DNA of 64,000 nt, from positions 14,902-78,901 of the forward strand of contig JAMCQZ010000005.1 of NCBI GenBank assembly GCA_023380305.1, in the 5' to 3' direction. Of this stretch, positions 1-8,636 are shown one piece after another. The stretch is from Patescibacteria group bacterium. GTDB lineage: Bacteria > Patescibacteriota > Minisyncoccia > UBA6257 > Colwellbacteraceae. The notes under the pieces were generated by a model. It saw nothing but the letters and a program-made list of their open reading frames with translations. It did no database searches and had not been told where the DNA came from. The translations under genes and the position numbers were made by a program. Numbering within the stretch: position 1 is the first letter of the stretch; every line of letters starts with the position of its first letter.

Positions 1-180
1 CGCCGTTCCATATTCGATGTTCGGAAAACGCTTGACGATCGCGAGCACGAGAAGAATGTTCGTTTCCGCCAGTCTGCGTTTAGCCGTTTCATCGAATGGC
101 CGCGCCAGAAGCGAAGCCAGCTCCTCGGAAGTCAACCGCAAAGGCAAGTTGGGAAGAAACGGATCCGCCGCGCCTTGCAT
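1..180 (-). CDS. RNA polymerase sigma-70 family factor, N-terminal fragment; the gene continues beyond the window start
   Basis: Minus-strand translation from the ATG at 180 gives MQGAADPFLPNLPLRLTSEELASLLARPFDETAKRRLAETNILLVLAIVKRFPNIEYGTA. The AKRRLAE-N-LVL-I-KRF stretch matches sigma-70 region 2.1/2.2 (compare AKRRLAEANLRLVVSIAKRY in SigA). An AAAGGAG Shine-Dalgarno lies 8 nt upstream. The + ORF at 17-286 on the opposite strand is low-complexity and was rejected. Confidence 0.5.
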   Translation of the reverse strand, partial: MQGAADPFLPNLPLRLTSEELASLLARPFDETAKRRLAETNILLVLAIVKRFPNIEYGTA

Positions 181-368
181 AACCCGATCTCCTTTCACAA
201 AGACCGATTTCAGCCGAACCCCGCTCCGAGCGGAGTTTCAAACATTAAACCCGGACCGGAACGATAAATCAAGCCTTCTTCAATAAACCGCTTTTTTCCG
301 CTATCTGCGACAGCGGCTCCGCTCCATAAGCGTCTATATAATATATAATCGGACGCTTTGAAAGCGCG

Positions 369-1772
369 TCAGCCTTTGATGACGGCTACCGGCTTCATCC
401 TCGCGATTTTCGCGGCGATTCCGGACCGGCTGATAACATCAACCACCTGGTCGACATCCTTATAGGCTTCGGGCGCTTCTTCCGCAAGTCCGGAAATCGA
501 ACCGGCGTTTATGGAGACCCCTTCGGCCGAAAGCTTCTGTTTTAATTCGCCGCCACGGATTTTTCTTCGCGCTTCGGTCCGGGACATCCTGCGACCGGCG
601 CCATGGCAGCTCGAACCGAAACTCTCTTTCATGGCGGCGCTTTCACCCATAAGAAGATAAGACCTTGTCCCCATGCTCCCAGGGACGAGAACCGGCTGGC
701 CGGGGAAAGACCTTGTCGCACCTTTCCGATGGATCACCAGTTTTTTATTTGCTCCGGAGACGGCATATTCCTCGATCTTGGCGATGTTGTGCGCCACGTC
801 GTAAAGAAGCTCCAGTTCCCCGGCTCCGTCGCCCAGGATCCCCCTCCAGGCCCGTCTGACTTCCCAGGATATGAGTTCACGGTTTCCCCAGGCGAAATTG
901 GCGGCGCCGGCCATCGCCTGGAAATAATTCCGGCCCTCATCCGAATCGAACGGCACGCAGGCCAGCTCCCTGTCTTTCAAAAAGATGCCGTGCCTGGGCA
1001 TGGCCCTCATCATCTCCCTGATGTAATCGGTAGCCACCTGGTGACCAAGTCCGCGTGAACCCGTATGTATTAAAATAACGACCTGGCCCGGGAACAGTCC
1101 GAATTTGTCAGCCGCGTCCTTATCAAAAATTTCCTCGATCGTTTCCACCTCCACAAAATGGTTCCCGGCGCCGATCGTGCCCAATTGGTCGCGACCACGG
1201 TCCTTGGCGCGGACAGAAACCATCCGCGGATCGGCTCCGGCCAGACATCCCTGCTCTTCGCAATTTTTAAGATCTGCCGGATCGCCGTATCCGATTTCCG
1301 TCATCCGGCCGGCCCCCCTCCTCAAAACTTCATCCAATTCCGTATCGGTCAATTTCAACCGTCCGGCTTGGCCGACTCCCGATGGAATCTCCCGATATAA
1401 AGCCCTCCCCAGTTCCGGAATAACGGACCGGATCGCGGAGACATCGATATTAGAACGCAGAAGCCTCACTCCGCAGTTGATGTCGTAACCGATGCCGCCG
1501 GGGGAAATAATCCCCTCTTTGAGGTCAAAGGCCGCCACCCCGCCTACCGGAAACCCGTAACCCTCGTGGATGTCGGGCATGGCGATCGCATAATCGACGA
1601 TTCCCGGGAGGCCAGCGACGTTTACAAGCTGATCCAAGGAACGATCGCCGATGATCTCATCGAGCATTTCTTCTGTCGCATAGACTCGCGCCGGGACCCT
1701 CATATCCGAGCGATAGGTTTTCGGTATCTCCCAAAGCCAATCATTTATTCTTCGCAAAGCCGATCTTTCCAT
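369..1772 (-). CDS. rtcB: RNA-splicing/repair ligase RtcB
   Basis: The 467-aa protein has the typical RtcB length and family-wide similarity, including the GYDINCG and GAGNHF...HTGSRGLGHQ stretches and the C-terminal CHGAGR metal/GMP-histidine region. Confidence 0.9.
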   Translation of the reverse strand: MERSALRRINDWLWEIPKTYRSDMRVPARVYATEEMLDEIIGDRSLDQLVNVAGLPGIVDYAIAMPDIHEGYGFPVGGVAAFDLKEGIISPGGIGYDINCGVRLLRSNIDVSAIRSVIPELGRALYREIPSGVGQAGRLKLTDTELDEVLRRGAGRMTEIGYGDPADLKNCEEQGCLAGADPRMVSVRAKDRGRDQLGTIGAGNHFVEVETIEEIFDKDAADKFGLFPGQVVILIHTGSRGLGHQVATDYIREMMRAMPRHGIFLKDRELACVPFDSDEGRNYFQAMAGAANFAWGNRELISWEVRRAWRGILGDGAGELELLYDVAHNIAKIEEYAVSGANKKLVIHRKGATRSFPGQPVLVPGSMGTRSYLLMGESAAMKESFGSSCHGAGRRMSRTEARRKIRGGELKQKLSAEGVSINAGSISGLAEEAPEAYKDVDQVVDVISRSGIAAKIARMKPVAVIKG

Positions 1773-1775
1773 GGA

Positions 1776-2225
1776 TTAGATATCAAAAATTATGGTTGTC
1801 GCGAGAACCCCGTTTTCATTCTCAACGATATCGGCTTCGTGATAAGTGACGGCTTTAATGTCCCGTTCAAACCGGACTGCCGGACGCGCTTTTAAAATCG
1901 CTCGCATTCCGGTCGGCGAAAGCTTTTCAAACTCGATGTCGCGGTAAAACTCGAAATTTTTTTCCATGCCGAAAAGGACTTCATTCAAGAAGTCGACAAG
2001 CAGCGCCGTCCGGTCGGCGGCTGATAATTTTATTTTCCGGTTGGTCTCTTTAAGATCGTCCGATTCCCGCGGGCCGGCGATAAAAACCATTCCTTTCAGA
2101 GCGTCCCTAAACAATTCTTCCAGATCTTTCCCCTCGACAGACAACCGGATATCGGCTGTATGTCCCAAGATCCTGTAGGGCATCCCGTGTCTCCAGTATA
2201 ACAAAAAACTTGCCGGAACTGCCAA
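1776..2225 (-). CDS. Archease, the RtcB activator
   Basis: The 149-aa protein carries the N-terminal GHTADI motif characteristic of archease. It lies immediately upstream of rtcB and is co-oriented with a 3-nt gap. Confidence 0.8.
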   Translation of the reverse strand: MAVPASFLLYWRHGMPYRILGHTADIRLSVEGKDLEELFRDALKGMVFIAGPRESDDLKETNRKIKLSAADRTALLVDFLNEVLFGMEKNFEFYRDIEFEKLSPTGMRAILKARPAVRFERDIKAVTYHEADIVENENGVLATTIIFDI

Positions 2226-2264
2226 CGACCGGACCCATTTCTTTTTTCTCCGCGGAAATATAAA

Positions 2265-2549
2265 TTAATCCTCCAAGGCCCTGCGGATATAATCGAGCGT
2301 CTCGTCGTCCGGAATGGCATCGCCGAACCGATCTTTAAAATCGTTGATATCTTCGCTATAAAGACCGCGGAGCTGTTGGCTAATAATCCCGTCTCCGGAA
2401 CCGAGCTCATCCATGAGCGTCGTCCATTTTTCCGCGAGGACGACCACTTCCGGATCTTGGGGATCGATTTCCTTGGCCATCGACAATTTAATAGCCTCAA
2501 TCGTCTTCGATCGCTCCGTTTCGTTTTGAATCTGCAAAGATTCGTCCAT
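2265..2549 (-). CDS. Hypothetical small acidic protein
   Basis: The 94-aa ORF is co-oriented with its neighbours and I recognise no domain. Confidence 0.4.
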   Translation of the reverse strand: MDESLQIQNETERSKTIEAIKLSMAKEIDPQDPEVVVLAEKWTTLMDELGSGDGIISQQLRGLYSEDINDFKDRFGDAIPDDETLDYIRRALED

Positions 2550-2564
2550 GATATTGCGCGTCCT

Positions 2565-3101
2565 TTACTGTATGTAAAAAGGAAGGACCGAGATAAGCGT
2601 GTTGTTGATATAGGTCTTCAGCTCGTATTCTCCGGGGCCGAATTGCAGGTTTTCGCAACCGACGCTGTTTCCCGGACCCAAAGCCCGTGGAAATCCGGCG
2701 GATCGCGGACTGGCATAAGTCGCCAAAGCCCTGTCGTAAATCGCGGTGCTCAAAACTTTCGCCGGAATTTGACTTTTCATATCCATGATCACACAAAACT
2801 GCTCTCCGGCGGTGAAATACTTGGTTTTAATCACTTTTGCCGGATCGAAGACAACGCCCGCCTCCAGTTTACCGAGATAGATACGCGTGAAATAATTGGA
2901 AAAAGTCGACTTGTCCGGCTCTTCTGAGAGCGGCTCGGTGTTCTCTTCTGTTTTCCCGCCCGCTTCCGCTCCCGGGGCGGAAAGATCGCGACGGCTCATA
3001 CCGAATATCACAGCGGCGATAATGACAACTAAAATTAAAATAATATATAAGCCCTTTCTATTGTTCATATCGACTGATGATAAAAAACGACCTTGAAACA
3101 A
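2565..3101 (-). CDS. Membrane-anchored hypothetical protein
   Basis: The N-terminal segment LYIILILVVIIAAVIFG is a transmembrane helix. The start is more likely Met12 (near 3068) than 3101. Confidence 0.5.
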   Translation of the reverse strand: MFQGRFLSSVDMNNRKGLYIILILVVIIAAVIFGMSRRDLSAPGAEAGGKTEENTEPLSEEPDKSTFSNYFTRIYLGKLEAGVVFDPAKVIKTKYFTAGEQFCVIMDMKSQIPAKVLSTAIYDRALATYASPRSAGFPRALGPGNSVGCENLQFGPGEYELKTYINNTLISVLPFYIQ

Positions 3102-3143
3102 TTATAACACAGAATTCCTCCGTCGATTCGAAAGGGATGTGCT

Positions 3144-3710
3144 ATGATGTATTTTGTGATGAGGACCGTTATTTTTATTCATGGATATAACGCTTCTCCG
3201 GAAATCAACTGGTATCCGGAAATGCGTCGCGAGCTCGATAAACTTCGCGTCCCTTACCGGATGCCCGCGCTCCCGGGCGGCGACAACCCGAAAAGCAGGG
3301 AGTGGCTCCGGATCATCGACGAAACCGTCAAATCCGTAAAAGGAGACGTCGTTTTGGTCGGCCACAGCCTCGGGACCAGAGCGGCCCTCTTATATTTGGA
3401 CCAATCGAAAAAACCGGTAAAAGGCGTTCTGCTGGTCGCGCCGTTTGACAACAACATCGCAAACGCCGGCCGCCGCGGCTTCGGATACTCGGATTTTTTC
3501 GAATATCCCTTGAATATCGGAGAAATCAAAAAACTTTCTCCGAAATTCGTCGTCATGCACTCGCACGACGACCAAAGGATCCCCTTTGGCCAGGGCAAAA
3601 GAATCGCCAAGGAGCTCGGGGCGGATTTCGTCGCTTATGACGGCAAACACCATTTTGCGAGGCCGGAGAGCTTTGCCGACGTGTTCGCCCAACTAAAAAA
3701 ATTTTTGTAA
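3144..3710 (+). CDS. Alpha/beta serine hydrolase, YdeN/RBBP9-like
   Basis: The protein has the GHSLG nucleophile-elbow motif and a C-terminal HDDxR...H arrangement. Its ~185-aa size is typical of the family. Confidence 0.65.
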   Translation: MMYFVMRTVIFIHGYNASPEINWYPEMRRELDKLRVPYRMPALPGGDNPKSREWLRIIDETVKSVKGDVVLVGHSLGTRAALLYLDQSKKPVKGVLLVAPFDNNIANAGRRGFGYSDFFEYPLNIGEIKKLSPKFVVMHSHDDQRIPFGQGKRIAKELGADFVAYDGKHHFARPESFADVFAQLKKFL

Positions 3711-3766
3711 TCCACGCCGTCTGTCGCCCTCGGAAAAAAATTTAGAGAAATAACATCACGGGACGC

Positions 3767-4159
3767 ATGAATATTGAATCGGCTGAAAAACTGTTCGACG
3801 ATAACGAAAAACAGATTTTGCGCATCTTTAAAAAAATCCAGATGCTCGAATTTTGGCTGAAGACGAAGATTGCCGACAAAAAAAGCCGTTCGGCCGAAGA
3901 CTTCGAGATTTACGAGAAGTGGCTTGAGGACAAAACCTGGAATTTCGTCATCGACGAGTTTCTGGTTCTCTATCCAGAAAAGGAAAACCTGCGGTTCGAA
4001 CTGAAACGCGCCATGGCCGGCCGCAACAAATTTATGCATGCCGTCTACACCTGGGCTATGGTTTCGAGTAAAACCCGCGTCGAGGAAGAAGGCAAAGCCA
4101 TGCTCGACGATATCGAGGAAGACATCGCCCGGGTCTTAAAAGCGCTGCTTGCGGACTAG
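3767..4159 (+). CDS. Hypothetical protein
   Basis: 130-aa ORF with no recognisable domain. Confidence 0.4.
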   Translation: MNIESAEKLFDDNEKQILRIFKKIQMLEFWLKTKIADKKSRSAEDFEIYEKWLEDKTWNFVIDEFLVLYPEKENLRFELKRAMAGRNKFMHAVYTWAMVSSKTRVEEEGKAMLDDIEEDIARVLKALLAD

Positions 4160-4223
4160 GCGCGACTAAAGCTTGCCAAAGCATTGAAAAAATGCCGATT
4201 TTGGCGTATCCTTTACAAGTTTT

Positions 4224-5681
4224 ATGGCCAAAAATGAAGTTATTTTGCGGTTCGACGAGGTATCCTTCGGATATTCGCCCACAAAGCCTATTCTCGACGA
4301 GGCGGGTTTTTCCGTGCGCCAAGGAGCCAAAATCACCCTGATGGGGCAAAACGGCGCCGGAAAGACAAGTATTTTCGAACTGATAAACGGCGGCCTCAAA
4401 CCGGAAGCGGGAACGATTTCCATAAGCCAAGGAGCAACCATCGGCTTGAGCCGGCAGGTCGTCCGCCGGTCAGAGCTCGACCTCGACGTCCGCGAATTTT
4501 TCGAAAAAGCCTTCGCCGAAAAAATATACGACATTGATCCGCGCATCGCGAAAGTGCTCAAGGTGGTTAATCTCGACGCGCCTCTCGACCGGAAGATCGG
4601 CAGCTTCTCCGGCGGACAGCAAGCCAGACTGCTTTTAGCTTTCGCCCTCATCCAAAATCCGGATATCCTGCTTCTCGACGAGCCGACGAATAACCTCGAT
4701 AAGGAAGGGATCGATCATCTTAAAAAATTCATCATCGAATATCCGAAAACCTGTATCGTCATTTCCCACGATGCCGGCTTTTTAAACTCCTTTACCGAAG
4801 GCGTGCTTTATCTCGATGTCTTTACAAACAAAGTGGAGCAATATGCCGGAAATTATCTCGATGTCGTCGAAGAAATATCGAAACGAATCGAACGCGAGAG
4901 GATGCAGAACGTCCGTCTGGAAAAAGACATCGAAAATCGCAAAGAACAAGCCAATTTTTTCAGCCAAAAGGGCGGGCATATGCGCGACGTCGCCGCCAAA
5001 ATGAGAAATAGGATAGAAGAGCTTGAAACAAGCAAAGTGGAAATACGACGAGACGACCGGACCATTAGAAGCTTCGCCATTCCGATGCAGGAGAACATTT
5101 CCGGAGACATTATCAAAATTTCGGCGGTAGCGAGTGTTAAGGACGGGAAAACCGCCGTGAAAAAAATCGCGCCGATCGCCCTGAAGAAAAAAGACCGGTT
5201 GCTGCTGACCGGACCGAACGGCATCGGCAAGACCACCTTTCTCGAGGCCATCGCTTCTGGACGCGCTAAAGGCATTGAACTCGCTCCGGACGTGAAAATA
5301 GGTTATTACCGCCAGGATTTCTCGACGCTCGATTTCGACGAAACCGCCTATGAGAATCTGGCCGAAGTGATGACCCAAGGAGGAGAAGAAGAACTCCGTT
5401 CGGCCGCCGCGGGATTTTTAATAGACGCGGACACTTTAAGAAAGAAGGTTGGAGACCTTTCGGAAGGACAAAAGGGCCTTCTCTCCTTCTGCCGCCTGAT
5501 GCTTCAAAAGCCGGGGCTTCTAATCCTCGACGAGCCGACAAATCATATCAATTTCCGGCATATTCCGGTGATCGCCGACGCCATAAACCGCTACGAAGGT
5601 CCGGCGATCCTCGTCAGCCATATGGCCGATTTCGTGAATAAAATCAAAATCACAGCCTCGGTCGACCTTGGAGGGATTTAA
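4224..5681 (+). CDS. ABC-F family ATPase with two ABC domains and no transmembrane domain
   Basis: There are two Walker A sites (GQNGAGKT and GPNGIGKT), two LSGGQ-like signature motifs (FSGGQQ and LSEGQK), and a charged linker between the two ABC domains. Confidence 0.85.
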   Translation: MAKNEVILRFDEVSFGYSPTKPILDEAGFSVRQGAKITLMGQNGAGKTSIFELINGGLKPEAGTISISQGATIGLSRQVVRRSELDLDVREFFEKAFAEKIYDIDPRIAKVLKVVNLDAPLDRKIGSFSGGQQARLLLAFALIQNPDILLLDEPTNNLDKEGIDHLKKFIIEYPKTCIVISHDAGFLNSFTEGVLYLDVFTNKVEQYAGNYLDVVEEISKRIERERMQNVRLEKDIENRKEQANFFSQKGGHMRDVAAKMRNRIEELETSKVEIRRDDRTIRSFAIPMQENISGDIIKISAVASVKDGKTAVKKIAPIALKKKDRLLLTGPNGIGKTTFLEAIASGRAKGIELAPDVKIGYYRQDFSTLDFDETAYENLAEVMTQGGEEELRSAAAGFLIDADTLRKKVGDLSEGQKGLLSFCRLMLQKPGLLILDEPTNHINFRHIPVIADAINRYEGPAILVSHMADFVNKIKITASVDLGGI

Positions 5682-5827
5682 TCGACGAATTTGTGATAAA
5701 ATAATCTACAAATCGGCCGAAGCTGTGATCTTTACTGCCACCGACTCGGCACGCGGCTGATCCGCAAGGAACGCTTGGTTTGAACAGGCGCATGATGCAT
5801 AATAAATCAAGGTTCTGACTGACGCAT

Positions 5828-6361
5828 ATGAAAATCGATTTTTGGAGAAAGTTTTTAAGGAAGAAAAAAATCGTGGGCTTCACCTGCGGCGCTTTCGACC
5901 TCTGCCACGCGGGACACGTGCGCATGTTTAAAGAATGCAAAAAGCATTGCGATTATTTAATCGTCGGCGTCCAGGGAGATCCGAGCATCGATCGGCCGGC
6001 GAAAAATATTCCCATTCAATCCCACGCCGAACGCTTAGAAATCATGAGTTCCATCCGGTTTATCGACGAAGTCATTCCCTATAACACGGAGGAGGATTTA
6101 TATCGGCTGCTTAAAGGATTAAAAGAGCAGAACCGCGTGGATATCCGGTTTCTGGACGAAGATTGGCGAGATAAACAATTTACCGGCTGGGATCTTGATT
6201 TTAAACTATATTTCAACGATCGTTCCCACGGATTTTCGACTAGCGAACTCCGACGACGCATTTATCTGGTGGAAAAGAATAAAATGCTTATGCAAGAATC
6301 CGCGAATGATCCTGAAAATTTATCCGCCGAAACCGCTGACATAAACCATGCTTATCGATGA
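5828..6361 (+). CDS. Cytidylyltransferase-family protein, glycerol-3-phosphate cytidylyltransferase (TagD)-like
   Basis: The GAFDLCHAGH sequence matches the (H/T)xGH nucleotidyltransferase motif. Overall layout resembles TagD. Confidence 0.6.
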   Translation: MKIDFWRKFLRKKKIVGFTCGAFDLCHAGHVRMFKECKKHCDYLIVGVQGDPSIDRPAKNIPIQSHAERLEIMSSIRFIDEVIPYNTEEDLYRLLKGLKEQNRVDIRFLDEDWRDKQFTGWDLDFKLYFNDRSHGFSTSELRRRIYLVEKNKMLMQESANDPENLSAETADINHAYR

Positions 6362-7310
6362 CGTTACTATTAGGGTTTCCGGCGGCGACGGCGGCCGAGG
6401 CGGAATGTATTTCAGCAACATCAAAATGCAGCTCGGTCCGACCGGCGGGAGCGGCGGCAAAGGCGGCAGTGTCTTTCTGGAGGGAGTTTCCGATCTAAAC
6501 AGCCTGACTGTTTTCCGCTACAAAAAAGAGTTCCGGGCGCAGGACGGAGACAACGGCCGGCAAAGATGCAGCGACGGCCGCGGCGGAGACGATGTTGTTC
6601 TCAAAGTGCCTGTCGGCACCGTCATTACCGACCTCGACACTGGCGAGACAAAAGAAATCCTGCGGACCGGCCAGAAGCTGCTGGCGGCTTCCGGAGGGAA
6701 CGGAGGAAAGGGTAATTTTCTTTTCCGGTCTTCGAAAAACACCAGTCCGACCCAATTTCAAGAAGGCCGGCCCGGAGAAACCAAGCGACTGCGGCTGGAA
6801 TTAAAGCTGATCGCCGACGTGGGGCTCGTTGGACTGCCGAACGCGGGAAAATCAAGCCTCCTAAACGAGCTTACGAACGCTTCGGCCAAAGTGGCCAACT
6901 ATCCCTTCACCACCCTCGAACCAAACCTCGGGGTTTATTATGAGCTCATCCTGGCCGATATCCCGGGGCTGATCGCCGGAGCCTCGGCCGGCAAGGGTCT
7001 CGGCATAAAATTCTTGAGACACATTGAACGGACGAGGATTGTCTTCCATCTGGTTTCGGCCGAATCCACGACACCGGTCAAAGACTACCGCACGGTGAGG
7101 TCGGAACTCAAAAAATACAATCCTCTGCTTCTTAAAAAACCCGAATATCTCTTTTTATCGAAAAGCGACCTGATTAAAGAAAAAGACCTGAAGAAAAAAC
7201 TCGACGCCCTTAAAAAGATAAACCCGAAGACCATCACCGTTTCCATCCACGATTGGGACAGCCTGGAAAAGGTAAAAAAGATATTGAATAAAATCAAGGC
7301 GGCCAAATAG
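6348..7310 (+). CDS. obg: GTPase Obg
   Basis: The N-terminal Gly-rich Obg fold (GGDGGRGG, GGSGGKGG, GGNGGKGN) is followed by a G domain with GLVGLPNAGKSSLL and DIPGLI. Confidence 0.9.
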   Translation: MLIDDVTIRVSGGDGGRGGMYFSNIKMQLGPTGGSGGKGGSVFLEGVSDLNSLTVFRYKKEFRAQDGDNGRQRCSDGRGGDDVVLKVPVGTVITDLDTGETKEILRTGQKLLAASGGNGGKGNFLFRSSKNTSPTQFQEGRPGETKRLRLELKLIADVGLVGLPNAGKSSLLNELTNASAKVANYPFTTLEPNLGVYYELILADIPGLIAGASAGKGLGIKFLRHIERTRIVFHLVSAESTTPVKDYRTVRSELKKYNPLLLKKPEYLFLSKSDLIKEKDLKKKLDALKKINPKTITVSIHDWDSLEKVKKILNKIKAAK

Positions 7311-7357
7311 AATCCCCGCTTGACGGCAAAAAATTAATATTGAATACTGATTGAGCT

Positions 7358-7570
7358 ATGAAAACAAAAAAGGACATCTTAAACGAACTCATCGGCGAAG
7401 CCAAGGAAACCCTGCTTCGCATCGAGATAACCACCCACTACGTTGAGGCCAAACAGGCCGAGACGCAGAAAGACCGATATCTGCAGGAGCTCGCCAAACT
7501 CAAAGCCAACAAGGACGAAAACGAGGATTGGCTAAAGTTTCTCGAAGAAGAATTGAAGAAAGAAAAATAA
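7358..7570 (+). CDS. Hypothetical small coiled-coil protein
   Basis: 70-aa charged ORF that is followed directly by an intrinsic terminator. Confidence 0.45.
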   Translation: MKTKKDILNELIGEAKETLLRIEITTHYVEAKQAETQKDRYLQELAKLKANKDENEDWLKFLEEELKKEK

Positions 7571-7596
7571 CAACCGCGCTTTCTCCAATATCGAAT

Positions 7597-7634
7597 AAAA
7601 ATCCCCGCCTGACTAACCGACGGGGATTTTTGAC
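7597..7634. terminator. Rho-independent terminator, usable in both directions
   Basis: The hairpin ATCCCCG-N13-CGGGGAT is flanked by A5 upstream and T5 downstream. Confidence 0.7.
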
Positions 7635-7993
7635 GCTTCTGTTCCAAAAGCGCCTGCTTCGGCCACCGAAGGAGCTCGCTCATTCATAAAACCGGCGAAT
7701 TCTTTCGGGTCAGTGGTAAAGAGCAAAACGCGCGTCCGCAGATCGACAGCCATTAACAACGGATCTGGACCATCCACAAACCGCCGAAGAGATGACGGAA
7801 CGCTCAAGCCGTAAAGCGGGACCACAGCACCAAAAGCCCGGAGGCCAACACAACGTATCGCCGCCTCGACGTCGAACGCCGGATCGCGCTTCAGAACGAT
7901 TCTCCTGCCAAGCACGACTTCGAACGGTCCAACAATGTTCAAGATACACCTCCTCATCCAATTTGAGACCATTTGAAAATAAATCCTGCACAT
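7613..7993 (-). CDS. Hypothetical protein; GC-rich ORF of doubtful reality
   Basis: The 126-aa ORF has a possible TTG start with an AGGAGG Shine-Dalgarno near 7945. Its 3' end runs into the terminator hairpin, and I recognise no motifs. Confidence 0.25.
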   Translation of the reverse strand: MCRIYFQMVSNWMRRCILNIVGPFEVVLGRRIVLKRDPAFDVEAAIRCVGLRAFGAVVPLYGLSVPSSLRRFVDGPDPLLMAVDLRTRVLLFTTDPKEFAGFMNERAPSVAEAGAFGTEASKIPVG

Positions 7994-7997
7994 TATT

Positions 7998-8630
7998 GTG
8001 TCAATGATCGCGCCGAAAAGTTATAATAAAAAGGTGAAACTGAAAATTTCCACAAAAATCTTTTGCGCCATTTTGATCGCGGCCGCCGCTTTTCTGGTTG
8101 ATCCAAAATTCATCACGCCGGGCGCCGATAAACACGCTCCGGCCGATATCGTCCGCCGCCTTCTCGCTTGGGGAAACCTGGCTTCGGAAAAGCCGCGAGA
8201 AATCGACACCATCGTCATTCACACTTCCTACAATGCCTGGGGCAAAGATCCGTTCGACGTCGACGGCATCATCAAGCAATACAAGCATTACGACGTAGCT
8301 CCCCATTTCCTTATAGACAGGCAGGGCCGGATTCATGAGCTCGCGCCCGTCGAAAACGTCGCCGACCACGCCGGCAAAGCCCAGATGCCCGACGGTCGGG
8401 CAAACGTCAACGATTTTTCCATCGGCATCGAACTCGTCAACAAACCCGATACCTTCATGACAATAGTCCAGTATGAGGCTTTGGCCGGACTCATCAAGGA
8501 TCTCGGTCAAAAGCATCCGATCGACAACGTCGTCGGACACAGCGCCATCACCACCATCGATAAAACCGATCCCTGGAATTTTGAATGGGAAAGACTGAAC
8601 TATCTTCTTTATTTCGACGGCCTCCGTTAG
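7998..8630 (+). CDS. N-acetylmuramoyl-L-alanine amidase (Amidase_2/PGRP fold), membrane-anchored
   Basis: An N-terminal transmembrane helix precedes IVIHTS...HYDVAPHFLIDRQGRI...DHAG...GIEL, which is the Amidase_2 zinc-site pattern. Confidence 0.75.
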   Translation: MSMIAPKSYNKKVKLKISTKIFCAILIAAAAFLVDPKFITPGADKHAPADIVRRLLAWGNLASEKPREIDTIVIHTSYNAWGKDPFDVDGIIKQYKHYDVAPHFLIDRQGRIHELAPVENVADHAGKAQMPDGRANVNDFSIGIELVNKPDTFMTIVQYEALAGLIKDLGQKHPIDNVVGHSAITTIDKTDPWNFEWERLNYLLYFDGLR

Positions 8631-8636
8631 GCGCGG

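Noticed and set aside
17-286. 89-aa + strand ORF at the window start
   Set aside because: It is low-complexity Ser/Arg-rich. The opposite strand encodes a convincing sigma-70 region-2 N-terminus with a good Shine-Dalgarno, so the + ORF is taken to be spurious.
603-1488. Several + strand ORFs (151, 127, 80 aa) inside rtcB
   Set aside because: They are antisense to a confidently identified RtcB and have no motifs.
5682-5827. 145-nt intergenic region with GC-rich segments upstream of the cytidylyltransferase gene, considered as a possible riboswitch
   Set aside because: I could not recognise any known riboswitch consensus or a convincing conserved structure by eye. It is left unannotated.
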